Under the pieces are notes generated by a model. The model saw only the letters and a program-made list of their open reading frames with translations. It had not been told where the DNA came from and made no database searches. Shown one piece after another: positions 31,648 to 41,337 of a stretch of DNA of 64,000 nucleotides. A program made the translations under genes and the position numbers. Location of the stretch: assembly GCF_030013595.1 (NCBI RefSeq), contig NZ_CP122771.1; one strand, written 5' to 3'. Every line of letters begins with the position of its first letter. Position 1 is the stretch's first letter. This DNA is from Escherichia coli (GTDB lineage: Bacteria > Pseudomonadota > Gammaproteobacteria > Enterobacterales > Enterobacteriaceae).

Positions 31648-32241
31648 ATGGTGAAACTGATTATTTTTATTCTCATTGTTCTGATTATTGCAGCGTTACT
31701 TATCCGGATTATCCTCAGAAGTGTAAATCAGCATTCTCCTTTGCTGATGCAATTGCATGCGGCAGGTATACGGACCGGTGATGCAGAGCGAATACTGTCC
31801 AGCGGTGAATACTGGCAACGTCAGAAGACGCTGCTGACAGAAAGGGAAGTCAGTTTTATGAAAGGACTGTTCAGAATTGTGGATATGAAGCGGTGGTATC
31901 TGTGTCCGCAGGTACGGGTCGCGGATATCGTCCAGCTGAACGAGAATATCCGGCCACGATCACGCCAGTGGTGGCAGTTATTCAGAATGGTGTCTCAGTG
32001 GCATGTTGATGTGGTTATCGTTGAGCGGCGTTCGTTCAGTATTGTTGCAGCAGTAGAGCTGGATGATGCCAGCCATTTACGACCGGAACGCAGACGCCGG
32101 GATATTCTTCTGGAAGAGGTTCTGAGGCAGGCTGGTATTCCGTTGCTCAGAAGCCACGATGCCAGAAAACTGCTGCAGATGACCGGAGAATGGCTGAATA
32201 CAACAGGGGCTGATCAGCAGTCCCCGGAACATCGTAGCTGA
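31648..32241 (+). CDS. Membrane-anchored DUF2726-like (restriction-endonuclease-fold) protein
   Basis: 197 aa; N-terminal TM helix; HVDVVIVER...AVELDD resembles a PD-(D/E)xK-type core. Confidence 0.5.
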   Translation: MVKLIIFILIVLIIAALLIRIILRSVNQHSPLLMQLHAAGIRTGDAERILSSGEYWQRQKTLLTEREVSFMKGLFRIVDMKRWYLCPQVRVADIVQLNENIRPRSRQWWQLFRMVSQWHVDVVIVERRSFSIVAAVELDDASHLRPERRRRDILLEEVLRQAGIPLLRSHDARKLLQMTGEWLNTTGADQQSPEHRS

Positions 32242-32312
32242 CGCCTTCGCGTTGCTCAGTTGTCCAACCCCGGGAGCGGGAAAAAGCAAGTTTTCCCCGC
32301 TCCCGGCGTTTC
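32239..32312. repeat. Conserved hairpin-containing intergenic motif, copy 2
   Basis: Shares flanks with 20193-20252; perfect stem ccgggagcggg/cccgctcccgg; partial third copy (gacgccttcg) at 32889-32898. Confidence 0.6.
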
Positions 32313-32395
32313 TGTAATAAAAAACGGGAAATGGTGGTCACAGAGTAAATGCCGGAACCACCTGTACCCAAACTTTATATAATAATGGTGAATAT

Positions 32396-32860
32396 ATGAA
32401 ATATGATGATGTATCAGAATTGATGATTAAGCGTGAACACAATATTCTTATTATGGGGAATTCTGCCTCCCACATTGATAAATTTTTTAAGGGATATTCT
32501 ATACCAGGTTCTAAATATTATGATTTCACTCAGATTAACAGTGATTCAGATGTAGAGAGAAATGAGCATGCTGTCTCATTTATCAGGGATGCAATGAATA
32601 GTGAAGAGCACACAATCATTTTTAATTGTGTTGGGTGGCATGATTTAGGTGGTGGATCAGCAGTATCACAGTTTGCAATGATGGTCAGAAAATTTGGTAA
32701 ACAACTTATTGTCGCTGTAAGTGAAAAGGATGCCATCAAATTAAAAGATAACTTTAATATTATTGGAACGTTGTCATATGGTAAAGAAAATTTTATTGCC
32801 ATGAGTCATACGAAAAGCGAGTTAACTGGAGGGAAATGTCGGTACCGGATTAAAAATTGA
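32396..32860 (+). CDS. Hypothetical protein, degenerate-P-loop paralog of ORF 7994-8455
   Basis: 154 aa; aligns with 7994-8455 product (ELM, ILI.G, YY.F..NS, TLILDGV/TIIFNCVG, KRLVVVA/KQLIVAV) but Walker A replaced by GNSASHIDK; AT-rich. Confidence 0.45.
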   Translation: MKYDDVSELMIKREHNILIMGNSASHIDKFFKGYSIPGSKYYDFTQINSDSDVERNEHAVSFIRDAMNSEEHTIIFNCVGWHDLGGGSAVSQFAMMVRKFGKQLIVAVSEKDAIKLKDNFNIIGTLSYGKENFIAMSHTKSELTGGKCRYRIKN

Positions 32861-33116
32861 TGTAAATAAAAAGCATACTTATTGGCTGGAGTGACGCCTT
32901 CGTGCTTCTGTAGTAAAAAGCGGGAAAGGCAGGTAATAGTCAGCAACAGGGAATGTGGTATTATCGCGGCGGGTGTCTGAGCCTTTCTGGTTCAGGCAAG
33001 ACGCAGGTACCAGAAATGCGAAGACCCCACTCGTTAATCCATTAACTCGTGAGGCCTGCATGAAGTACCTTAACACTACTGATTGTAGCCTCTTCCTTGC
33101 AGAGAGGTCAAAGTTT

Positions 33117-33266
33117 ATGACGAAATATGCCCTTATCGGGTTGCTCGCCGTGTGCGCCACGGTGTTGTGTTTTTCACTGATATTCAGGGAACGGTTATGT
33201 GAGCTGAATATTTACAGGGGAAATACAGTGGTGCAGGTAACTCTGGCCTACGAAGCACGGAAGTAA
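33117..33266 (+). CDS. srnB: Hok-family type I toxin (SrnB/PndA-like)
   Basis: 50-aa peptide MTKYALIGLLAVCATVLCFSLIFRERLCELNIYRGNTVVQVTLAYEARK; overlapping upstream leader ORF analogous to mok. Confidence 0.8.
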   Translation: MTKYALIGLLAVCATVLCFSLIFRERLCELNIYRGNTVVQVTLAYEARK

Positions 33267-33549
33267 GCTGCCGGGCGGGGACGGAAGTCCCCGCTTTCCG
33301 GAAGTGTGAGGTATTTCAGGGGCAGACACCCGACATGCCAGAAACAGCCGGTCCCGCCCGGGGCCGGCATCCTGGTTAAGGCATTTCCTGCTTTTCAGTC
33401 ATTTCATTATCAAAATCACATTAAACGGTCGTAATCAGACATGATTTGTGCGCCAACACAGATCTTCGTCACAATTCTCAAGTCGCTGATTTCAAAAAAC
33501 TGTAGTATCCTCTGCGAAACGATCCCTGTTTGAGTATTGAGGAGGCGAG

Positions 33550-33798
33550 ATGTCGCAGACAGAAAATGCAGTGACTTCCTCATCAGGTACAAAGCGAGCA
33601 TACAGAAAAGGTAATCCTCTGACGCTTGCAGAACGTCAGCAGGCATCCCTGGCAAGAAAACGAGCTACACATAAAGAACTCAGAGTGTTCATTCCTGCTG
33701 CGTTAAAAGCGCAATTGCAGGTGATGTGTGAAGCTGAGGGCGTTACCCAGGCTGAGATGATTGCCGAACTGATAAAGCAGAAGAGTGCTTTTAGCTAA
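33550..33798 (+). CDS. copB: CopB/RepA2 repressor of the RepFIIA replicon
   Basis: 82 aa starting [11 protein letters not shown], similar to R1 CopB; directly upstream of repA1. Confidence 0.85.
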   Translation: MSQTENAVTSSSGTKRAYRKGNPLTLAERQQASLARKRATHKELRVFIPAALKAQLQVMCEAEGVTQAEMIAELIKQKSAFS

Positions 33799-33984
33799 CT
33801 AAAATGTAGCGACATCACATTCTTGCCTGTTTCTGGTGTGCGTGATAGATTGCTGATCGTTTAAGGAATTTTGTGGCTGGCCACGCCGTAAGGTGGCAGG
33901 GAACTGGTTCTGATGTGGATTTACAGGAGCCAGAAAAGCGAAAACCCCGATAATCTTTCTATGTTTGGCGACGAAGAAGATTAC

Positions 33985-34080
33985 CGGGGCCATCTAAAAA
34001 CCGTATAGCCAACAATTCAGCTATGCGGGGAGTATAGTTATATGCCCGGAAAAGTTCAAGACTTCTTTCTGTGCTCACTC
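33985..34080 (-). ncRNA. copA: CopA antisense RNA region (approximate)
   Basis: Position between copB and repA1 where CopA/CopT lies in IncFII replicons; boundaries not determined. Confidence 0.3.
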
Positions 34081-34108
34081 CTTCTGCGCATTGTAAGTGC
34101 AGGATGGT

Positions 34109-34966
34109 GTGACTGATCTTCAACAAACGTATTACCGCCAGGTAAAGAACCCGAATCCGGTGTTCACACCCCGTGAAGGTGCCGGAACACTGAAGTTCTG
34201 CGAAAAACTGATGGAAAAGGCGGTGGGCTTCACCTCCCGTTTTGATTTCGCTATTCATGTGGCGCATGCCCGTTCGAAGGGACTGCGTCGGCGCATGCCA
34301 CCGGTGCTGCGTCGACGGGCTATTGATGCACTGCTGCAGGGGCTGTGTTTCCACTATGACCCGCTGGCCAACCGTGTCCAGTGCTCCATCACCACGCTGG
34401 CCATTGAGTGCGGGCTGGCGACGGAGTCTGCTGCCGGAAAACTCTCTATCACCCGAGCCACCCGCGCCCTGACGTTCCTCGCAGAGCTGGGCCTGATTAC
34501 CTACCAGACGGAATATGACCCGCTTATCGGGTGCTACATTCCGACCGACATCACGTTCACACCGGCACTGTTTGCCGCTCTCGATGTGTCTGAGGTGGCG
34601 GTGGCAGCTGCGCGCCGCAGTCGTGTGGAATGGGAAAACAGACAGCGCAAGAAGCAGGGACTGGATGCACTGGGTATGGATGAACTGATAGCGAAAGCCT
34701 GGCGTTTTGTGCGTGAGCGTTTCCGCAGTTACCAGACAGAGCTTAAGTCCCGGGGAATAAAGCGTGCCCGTGCGCGTCGTGATGCGGACAGGGAACGTCA
34801 GGATATTGTCACCCTGGTGAAACGGCAGCTGACGCGCGAAATCGCGGAAGGGCGCTTCACTGCTAATCGTGAGGCAGTAAAACGCGAAGTGGAGCGTCGT
34901 GTGAAGGAGCGCATGATTCTGTCACGTAACCGTAATTACAGCCGGCTGGCCACAGCTTCCCCCTGA
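34109..34966 (+). CDS. repA1: RepA1 replication initiator (IncFII)
   Basis: GTG start giving [24 protein letters not shown]..., matching R100 RepA1. Confidence 0.9.
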
Positions 34967-34999
34967 AAGTGACTTCTCCTGAATAATCCGGCCCGCGCC

Positions 35000-35330
35000 G
35001 GAGGCATTCGCACGCCTGAAGCCTGTCAGCGAACAAAAAAGCAGCACTGCATACAAAAAACAATCTCATCATCCACCTTCAGGTGCATCCGGTTCCCCCT
35101 GTTTTTGATGCAAAACACCTCCCACAGACGGGTAATTTTGCTTATCCACATTTAACTGCAAGGGACTTCCCCATAAGGTTACAACCGTTCATGTCATAAA
35201 GCGCCAGCCGTCAGCGTTACAGGGTGCAATGTATCTTTTAAACACCTGTTTATATCTCCTTTAAACTACTTAATTACATTCATTTAAAAAGAAAACCTAT
35301 TCACTGCCTGTCCTGTGGACAGACAGATAT
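35000..35330. promoter_or_regulatory. Putative vegetative replication origin (oriR)
   Basis: AT-rich non-coding region immediately downstream of repA1, as in R1/R100; not confirmed by motif. Confidence 0.35.
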
Positions 35331-35878
35331 GCACCTCCCACCGCAAGCGGCGGGCCCCGACCAGAAACTATTTAGTTACAACACTCAAATACAACCACCG
35401 GAAGAACCCCGGTCCCGCGCAGAACTGAAACCACAAAGCCCCTCCTCATAACTGAAAAGCGAGGCCGCCCCCGCCCAAAGGGCGGGAACAACATCGCTTT
35501 TAATTATGAATGTTGTAACTACATTATCATCGCTGCCAGTTCTCTGGCTGGAAGTCCTCAGTACACGCTCGTAAGCGGCCCTCACGGCCCGCTAACGCGG
35601 AGATACGCCCCGACTTCGGGTAAACCCTTGTCGGGACCACTCCGACCGCGCACAGAAGCTCTCTCATGGCTGAAAGCGGGTATGGTCTGGCAGGGCCGGG
35701 GATGGGTAAGGTGAAATCTATCAATCAGTACCGGCTTACGCCGGGCTTCGGCGGTTTTACTCCTGTATCATATGAAACAACAGAGTGCCGCCTTCCATGC
35801 CGCTGATGCGGCATATCCTGGTGACGATATCTGAATCGTTATATACTGTGTATATACGTAGTAATGACGAGGTGATAA

Positions 35879-36148
35879 ATGGCACAGGTTAATATGAGTT
35901 TAAGAATCGACGCTGAACTGAAGGATGCTTTTATGGCCGCTGCAAAAAGCATGGACCGTAATGGCTCTCAGTTAATCCGGGATTTTATGCGCCAGACCGT
36001 TGAACGGCAGCATAATACCTGGTTCCGTGACCAGGTTGCGGCAGGACGTCAGCAACTCGAGCACGGCGATGTGCTTCCCCATGACATGGTCGAATCTTCT
36101 GCTGCTGCATGGCGGGATGAGATGAGCAGGAAGATTGCCGGTAAATGA
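35879..36148 (+). CDS. ParD/RelB-like ribbon-helix-helix antitoxin
   Basis: 89 aa; N-terminal MAQVNMSLRIDAELKDAFMAAA typical RHH; stop overlaps next ORF (ATGA). Confidence 0.6.
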   Translation: MAQVNMSLRIDAELKDAFMAAAKSMDRNGSQLIRDFMRQTVERQHNTWFRDQVAAGRQQLEHGDVLPHDMVESSAAAWRDEMSRKIAGK

Positions 36149-36309
36149 TGGAGATATTTTGGACCATGCTGGCCAGCCAGGACAGGAAGCGCATTCGTGA
36201 GTACATTGCGGAGCAGAACCTGATGGTCGCCATTGAACTGGACGAACGGATTGGTTATTTCGGACGAACGCACCGGCTTACGCCGGTTTTACATCTGTAC
36301 TACATGTAA
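36145..36309 (+). pseudogene. Truncated ParE/RelE-like toxin
   Basis: 54-aa ORF with ParE-like N-terminus (EIFWTMLASQDRKRIREYIAEQN) ending prematurely, about half the usual length. Confidence 0.4.
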
Positions 36310-36356
36310 CCTCATACACACATAAATGAGTAACATACTGATTAATATGGTAAATC

Positions 36357-37280
36357 ATGACGATTGAAAGCTTTTTTATTGGCACCCGCCGCTCTGATAA
36401 ACGTTACGGGCCTCAGAGCAAGGATATGCAGGTTTCTGAATTCATTTCTCTGATTTCTCCCCAAAATGCCCCTCATAAGGTTGTGTTACCTGATTTTACT
36501 GGTCTGGCAATTCAGCTTGATGCACAAATCAGGAACCAGTTTCATCAACTGAAAGAGGATGAGCACTTCCTTCGATATCGGCAGTTGTCGGAAAGGTGGT
36601 ATCAGGCGGACTCTATTAGTGACAGAAACAACCGCAGTAAGCGTTTTGAGAAGATCATGGATGACTCACTTGATTTTTTGCTTTACAGCCAAGACGTCAT
36701 GCCTAACATCAATCCAGATGATCTCCAATGGCATGATTACGAAAAGGCTAGCAGTAAGGGTAAAATGTACTGTGTAGCGCTTCTGTTCCATGTCATTGCA
36801 CGGGCTGCATATGAACCCGAATCTGTGGGTAAAGATCCGACACTTCCAGAATATTGCCGGTGGATGAAAAATTGGATAGAGAAAACATTAGGTCATGATT
36901 TTTTAGATAGAATGATGATCTATTGTGCGCTGTTTGCCCCAGCGTATTTTCCCGCGTTACAACGTCTGAGCGGAGAGAAAGAAACGCGTGATGTCCATGA
37001 ATTCCTGGCTGAGCATGTTCGCACTTTAGCTCAAAAAAATTCTTCAGAGGTAAATTATAGAGATCAACGGCAATTCACGTTTGGCTACACCATGTTCACG
37101 AAGCAACAATTTGAATTTCTGGGCATGATGCGCGATGTCCATTACCGGATTGATTGTATTGAACAGCTCCTTCTGGACCTTATAGAACGTAAGGTTGTGG
37201 ATTTCACTGATGCATCTGTTGCAGGCACGTGGATTGAGAAGCAAATTCAGCGGCTTGAATCAAACGACGTAAAGCAGTAA
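36357..37280 (+). CDS. Hypothetical 307-aa protein
   Basis: Long ORF with plausible RBS; followed by hairpin 37321-37345; no motif recognised. Confidence 0.45.
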   Translation: MTIESFFIGTRRSDKRYGPQSKDMQVSEFISLISPQNAPHKVVLPDFTGLAIQLDAQIRNQFHQLKEDEHFLRYRQLSERWYQADSISDRNNRSKRFEKIMDDSLDFLLYSQDVMPNINPDDLQWHDYEKASSKGKMYCVALLFHVIARAAYEPESVGKDPTLPEYCRWMKNWIEKTLGHDFLDRMMIYCALFAPAYFPALQRLSGEKETRDVHEFLAEHVRTLAQKNSSEVNYRDQRQFTFGYTMFTKQQFEFLGMMRDVHYRIDCIEQLLLDLIERKVVDFTDASVAGTWIEKQIQRLESNDVKQ

Positions 37281-37371
37281 CCCTCTGAACTGTAAATTGG
37301 GTAGTCAGATTTAATTATTGGCACCTGTTCATAGGTGCCACCTTTCTGAAAGAATGTATCCTAATTTTTCG

Positions 37372-37890
37372 ATATCCAAACTGACCCCTATTTTAGATGT
37401 TTCATTTATCACACCCTAAAGCTGAATATTTATCACAAGCCATTTTTACCGATAAATAACTAAGGCGATCAATGCCAATGGACTTACAATAATAAACAGA
37501 TTCTTTTTTGCTATTCAGGTTCGTAACACGGGGTCTGAAGTCCAATGGAACGAAAACGTACGTTAGTGAAGTAACTGTATGATATATCAAGACATAATGG
37601 ACATAGAAAAACGCCATCAAAACGGTGTCTTTTTAATCGAAAATTGGCACTTAACGGACGGCATTGTCTACTAATCGATTTTTAGACGATAATTTTCCTC
37701 TTACCGTACATTTTCGTACGGTTGGCCCTCAAACCCCGATTTGAACTCAATCGGATAACCTGAATGCAATACCGCAATGGCGATAATTTAAAAGCGATAG
37801 CCGTTGACGCAAAATCAATCCGTTACGCATCTCTATTGGTTAAATAATGCGCTTAACGTACAAAATTTTCCCATATCCAAACTGACCCCT
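37372..37890. repeat. 18-bp direct repeats atatccaaactgacccct (37372-37389 and 37873-37890) bracketing about 500 bp of non-coding DNA
   Basis: Exact repeat read from sequence; internal palindrome accgtacattttcgtacggt. Confidence 0.6.
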
Positions 37891-37899
37891 TAAAGGACA

Positions 37900-38235
37900 T
37901 CAACACGCATTCGGCGTTTTTTCTTGTCCAATTGTGATTTTCGTGAGCTCCGTATCAGTGAAATTTCCCTTTCCTGATTCTGTGTCAAAGTCACCAGGTT
38001 TGAACCGGTGTACATCCTGCCATATAGAGAAACAGGTGTGGCAGGTGACAGGCAGTTCTCCATCAGCCACCTTTTCGCAGTTTTCAATCAGTACCCGTTC
38101 CTTATTGTATTGTAAGTTATAACCACTTGTGCAAAGCGTTTCATACCCGTGAGCGCCTGTCACGATATGTGTGGCAATCCGTTCCCTGACTTTTCCGTTC
38201 ACTAATAACTGTTCACGTGTGGTGATCGTTCGCAT
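37900..38235 (-). CDS. Hypothetical small Cys-containing protein
   Basis: Minus-strand ORF with AGGAAG RBS before second ATG; contains CHTC; coding status uncertain. Confidence 0.3.
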   Translation of the reverse strand: MRTITTREQLLVNGKVRERIATHIVTGAHGYETLCTSGYNLQYNKERVLIENCEKVADGELPVTCHTCFSIWQDVHRFKPGDFDTESGKGNFTDTELTKITIGQEKTPNAC

Positions 38236-38329
38236 TCTCTTCCTCATCAGCTTTCCTGTAGAAGCCTCCTGACTATAAGGCTCCGGATATCTTACCCGCT
38301 CATTTTGGCTGGAGGTAGTGGTGGCGTCA

Positions 38330-38560
38330 GAGGATGAATTACTGACATTGTATATGAAGCTTTGAGTTTTTTCTGGATTTCATCAGTGTTTATCTTTATT
38401 TGTTCTTGTTTGTTCTCTTTTGTGCTGTTGGAGTCGGTTTTTGTCTGTGTTTTTCTTTATTTTTCCATTTGTGGCCGATATCAGGTCTTTACCGATACGT
38501 TGTTTTAGGTGATAATCGTTTTTGATCTCGTATTTTTCTAAAAAAATCCATTTTATTTAT
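38330..38560. promoter_or_regulatory. Putative parC-like centromere/promoter region
   Basis: AT-rich region with short reiterated motifs directly upstream of stbA. Confidence 0.3.
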
Positions 38561-38572
38561 GTGAGGTTCTAG

Positions 38573-39553
38573 ATGCGTATCTTTGTAGACGACGGCTCTA
38601 CCAACATCAAACTGGCCTGGGTTGAAGACGGTGCAGTGAAAACGTTAATTAGTCCGAATAGTTTTAAGCCGGAATGGTCTATGACGCTGCAGGGACTGAC
38701 TGATGCCACTGTACCCGCTTCCGCAAACTATGAGATTGATGGAGAAAAATACAGCTTTGATCAATTGAGTCCGGATGCAGTGCGCACCACAGAAACGCGT
38801 TATCAGTACAGCGACGTTAATGTGGTTGCTATTCATCATGCGTTGATGCAGTCAGGTATTGCTCCACAACCTGTTGATATTGTTGTGACTTTACCTTTAG
38901 GTGAGTATCTGGATGAGAACGATCAGCCAAATCTGGCTAATATCGAACGTAAGAAAAATAATGTCCGGCGAACTGTAACAGTTCAGGGGCGTGAAAACTT
39001 TACCATTCGTAAAGTCAGTGTCTTGCCTGAGTCCGTGCCTGCCGGTTTTGACGTGCTGAAAGATCTGAATGATCTGGAGTCGCTGTTGATTGTTGATATC
39101 GGTGGAACGACCCTTGATATTGCACATGTCCGCAGCAAAATGTCAGGTTTCACAAAAACCTATTGTGACCCCAAGACTGGCGTCTCCATCATTACTGAAG
39201 CAGTTAAGCATGCGATGGATGTGAATGTGAGTACACGAACCAGTTCTTATTTTGCAGATCGTCTAATCCAGGGCCGGGATGACAATGAATTCCTGACCCG
39301 TTATATCCCGAATGCAGAACAGCGTGAGCGGATCCTGACAGTATTACGTGACCGGGAAAAAAAACTGCAGCATCGTGTGGCGGATTCAGTAGGACGCTTT
39401 GCTGGTTTTACTCATGTTATGGTTGTTGGCGGTGGTGCCAGCCTTGTGGCTGGGGCAGTAAAAAAAGCGACAGGAGTGGGTGATAACCGTTTCTTTGTCA
39501 GTGACAATCCTCAGTTCGATCTGGTGTTGGGAATGATGGCAATGAAGGGATGA
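38573..39553 (+). CDS. stbA: StbA/ParM actin-like partition ATPase
   Basis: 326 aa; MRIFVDDGSTNIKLAW, DIGGTTLD and VVGGGA motifs as in R1 ParM. Confidence 0.9.
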   Translation: MRIFVDDGSTNIKLAWVEDGAVKTLISPNSFKPEWSMTLQGLTDATVPASANYEIDGEKYSFDQLSPDAVRTTETRYQYSDVNVVAIHHALMQSGIAPQPVDIVVTLPLGEYLDENDQPNLANIERKKNNVRRTVTVQGRENFTIRKVSVLPESVPAGFDVLKDLNDLESLLIVDIGGTTLDIAHVRSKMSGFTKTYCDPKTGVSIITEAVKHAMDVNVSTRTSSYFADRLIQGRDDNEFLTRYIPNAEQRERILTVLRDREKKLQHRVADSVGRFAGFTHVMVVGGGASLVAGAVKKATGVGDNRFFVSDNPQFDLVLGMMAMKG

Positions 39554-39978
39554 GTATGGCTGATAATCGTAAGTGCTCTTTTTATATTTATCCGGAACGA
39601 AATGCAGCTGATCGGGTGGCTGACAGGTTTCTTGAAAAATTGCCTCAGAAAGAACGTGGTCGGGCAATGCGGGCCATGATGTTGTGTGGTGCTGCATTGA
39701 TGAAGCAGGATGAACGATTGCCGTTCCTGATAGCTGAATTCCTGACAGACAGCACGTCTATGCAGGATATTCAACGAATTATCAGTAGTACGCTACCACA
39801 ACAGGAAAATGGTGAAGTCGTTCGTTTGCTGGAGGCATTTCTGCAGTCTGCTGGTAATAATGCAAAAGCGATCCTGCCTGCGGTTGATTCTGCTACGCAA
39901 GAAATATCTGCTCCAGTCGATCAGAATCTCCTGGAAACAAGAAACAACATTAAGAACTTGTTTCCGGATGATGAATAA
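39550..39978 (+). CDS. stbB: StbB/ParR partition adaptor
   Basis: 142 aa overlapping stbA stop; similar organisation to R1 ParR. Confidence 0.8.
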   Translation: MSMADNRKCSFYIYPERNAADRVADRFLEKLPQKERGRAMRAMMLCGAALMKQDERLPFLIAEFLTDSTSMQDIQRIISSTLPQQENGEVVRLLEAFLQSAGNNAKAILPAVDSATQEISAPVDQNLLETRNNIKNLFPDDE

Positions 39979-40014
39979 GAACTGAACTCTGTTAAAGGAC
40001 GCTGTTGCGTCCTT

Positions 40015-40378
40015 TTTTCTTTTCCGACAAAGGATGTCGCCGGGCTCCTCTTTTTACTGCGCCGGCTGACGCGGCGCGGCAGGAACGCTGCCTGTGGTCA
40101 GTATCCCGCGTCCGGCCGGGCACGGGACGGGCGCTTTTACCGCTCCCGGCTGGCGTCGGTGGCAGTGTACGCCAGCCCGTCGCCCTTTTCTGATGAACGC
40201 CCTTCAAGCCGCTTTCGCGGCATATCCTCGCCGTCAAACAGACGACGGCTGCGGTATTCCACGGTCGGCCTGACCCGTTATCGGACGCGGTGAACAGCCC
40301 ACAGGCCGCGGGGAACGGGCGCCACAGGGGCGCCCTCCCGGTGCTCTCTGCTGAAGCAGAAGTGAGAGGAGAATTCCC
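40015..40378 (+). repeat. Leading-region direct repeat family B, copy 1 (about 360 bp, includes RBS of downstream gene)
   Basis: Near-identical to 41338-41687; begins after stbB terminator hairpin; ends at ATG of 40379 ORF. Confidence 0.85.
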
Positions 40379-41305
40379 ATGCCAAACTGGTGCTCAAATC
40401 GTATGCATTTTTCTGGTGAACCGGCACAGATTGCTGAGATTAAACGACTGGCCAGCGGTGCAGTCACACCGTTTTATCGCCGCGCCACAAATGAAGGTAT
40501 TCAGCTGTTTCTGGCCGGAAGTGCCGGACTTCTGCAGACCACTGAAGATGTGCAGTTTGAACCGTGCCCCGGAGTGACGGCTGCCGGACGTGGTGTTGTA
40601 TCGCCGGAGAATATCGCGTTCACCTGCTGGCTGACACACCTGCAGAACGGTGTGCTACTGGATGAACAAAACTGCCTGATGCTGCATGAACTCTGGCTGC
40701 AGAGTGGTACTGGCCAGCGTCGCTGGGAAGGATTACCGGATGAGGTCAGGGAAACCATCACCGTGCATTTCACCGCCAAAAGAGGTGACTGGTGTGGCTT
40801 CTGGAGTAACGAGGATGTATCGGTGTGGTGGAACCGTCTGTGTGACAATGTACTGCCGGAAAAAACCATGCCGTTTGACCTGCTGACGGTTCTGCCCACC
40901 CGCCTGGATGTTGAAGTGAATGGCTTTAACGGTGGTGTTCTGAATGGTGTTCCTTCTGCGTATCACTGGTATACGGAACAGTATGGCGTGAAGTGGCCTG
41001 TGGGGTATGAGGTGAATATCAGCCGTCAGGGAGAAAACTTCATTCAGGTGGATTTCGACACGCCGTGGTGTCAGCCGGAAAGCAACGTTGTTGCAGAATT
41101 AAGCCGCCGTTTCGGCTGCACGCTGGAGCACTGGTACGCCGAACAGGGCTGCAATTTCTGTGGCTGGCAGTTGTATGAGCGCGGAGAGCTCGTTGATGTG
41201 CTGTGGGGGGAACTGGAATGGTCTTCCCCGACAGATGACGATGAGCTGCCGGAAGTCACCGGACCTGCGTGGATAGTCGACAAGGTGGCGCATTATGGCG
41301 GATGA
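40379..41305 (+). CDS. Conserved leading-region hypothetical protein
   Basis: 308-aa ORF immediately downstream of repeat B1. Confidence 0.6.
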   Translation: MPNWCSNRMHFSGEPAQIAEIKRLASGAVTPFYRRATNEGIQLFLAGSAGLLQTTEDVQFEPCPGVTAAGRGVVSPENIAFTCWLTHLQNGVLLDEQNCLMLHELWLQSGTGQRRWEGLPDEVRETITVHFTAKRGDWCGFWSNEDVSVWWNRLCDNVLPEKTMPFDLLTVLPTRLDVEVNGFNGGVLNGVPSAYHWYTEQYGVKWPVGYEVNISRQGENFIQVDFDTPWCQPESNVVAELSRRFGCTLEHWYAEQGCNFCGWQLYERGELVDVLWGELEWSSPTDDDELPEVTGPAWIVDKVAHYGG

Positions 41306-41337
41306 AGTATGACGGAGACGGGCGGGCAACCGCCCGT

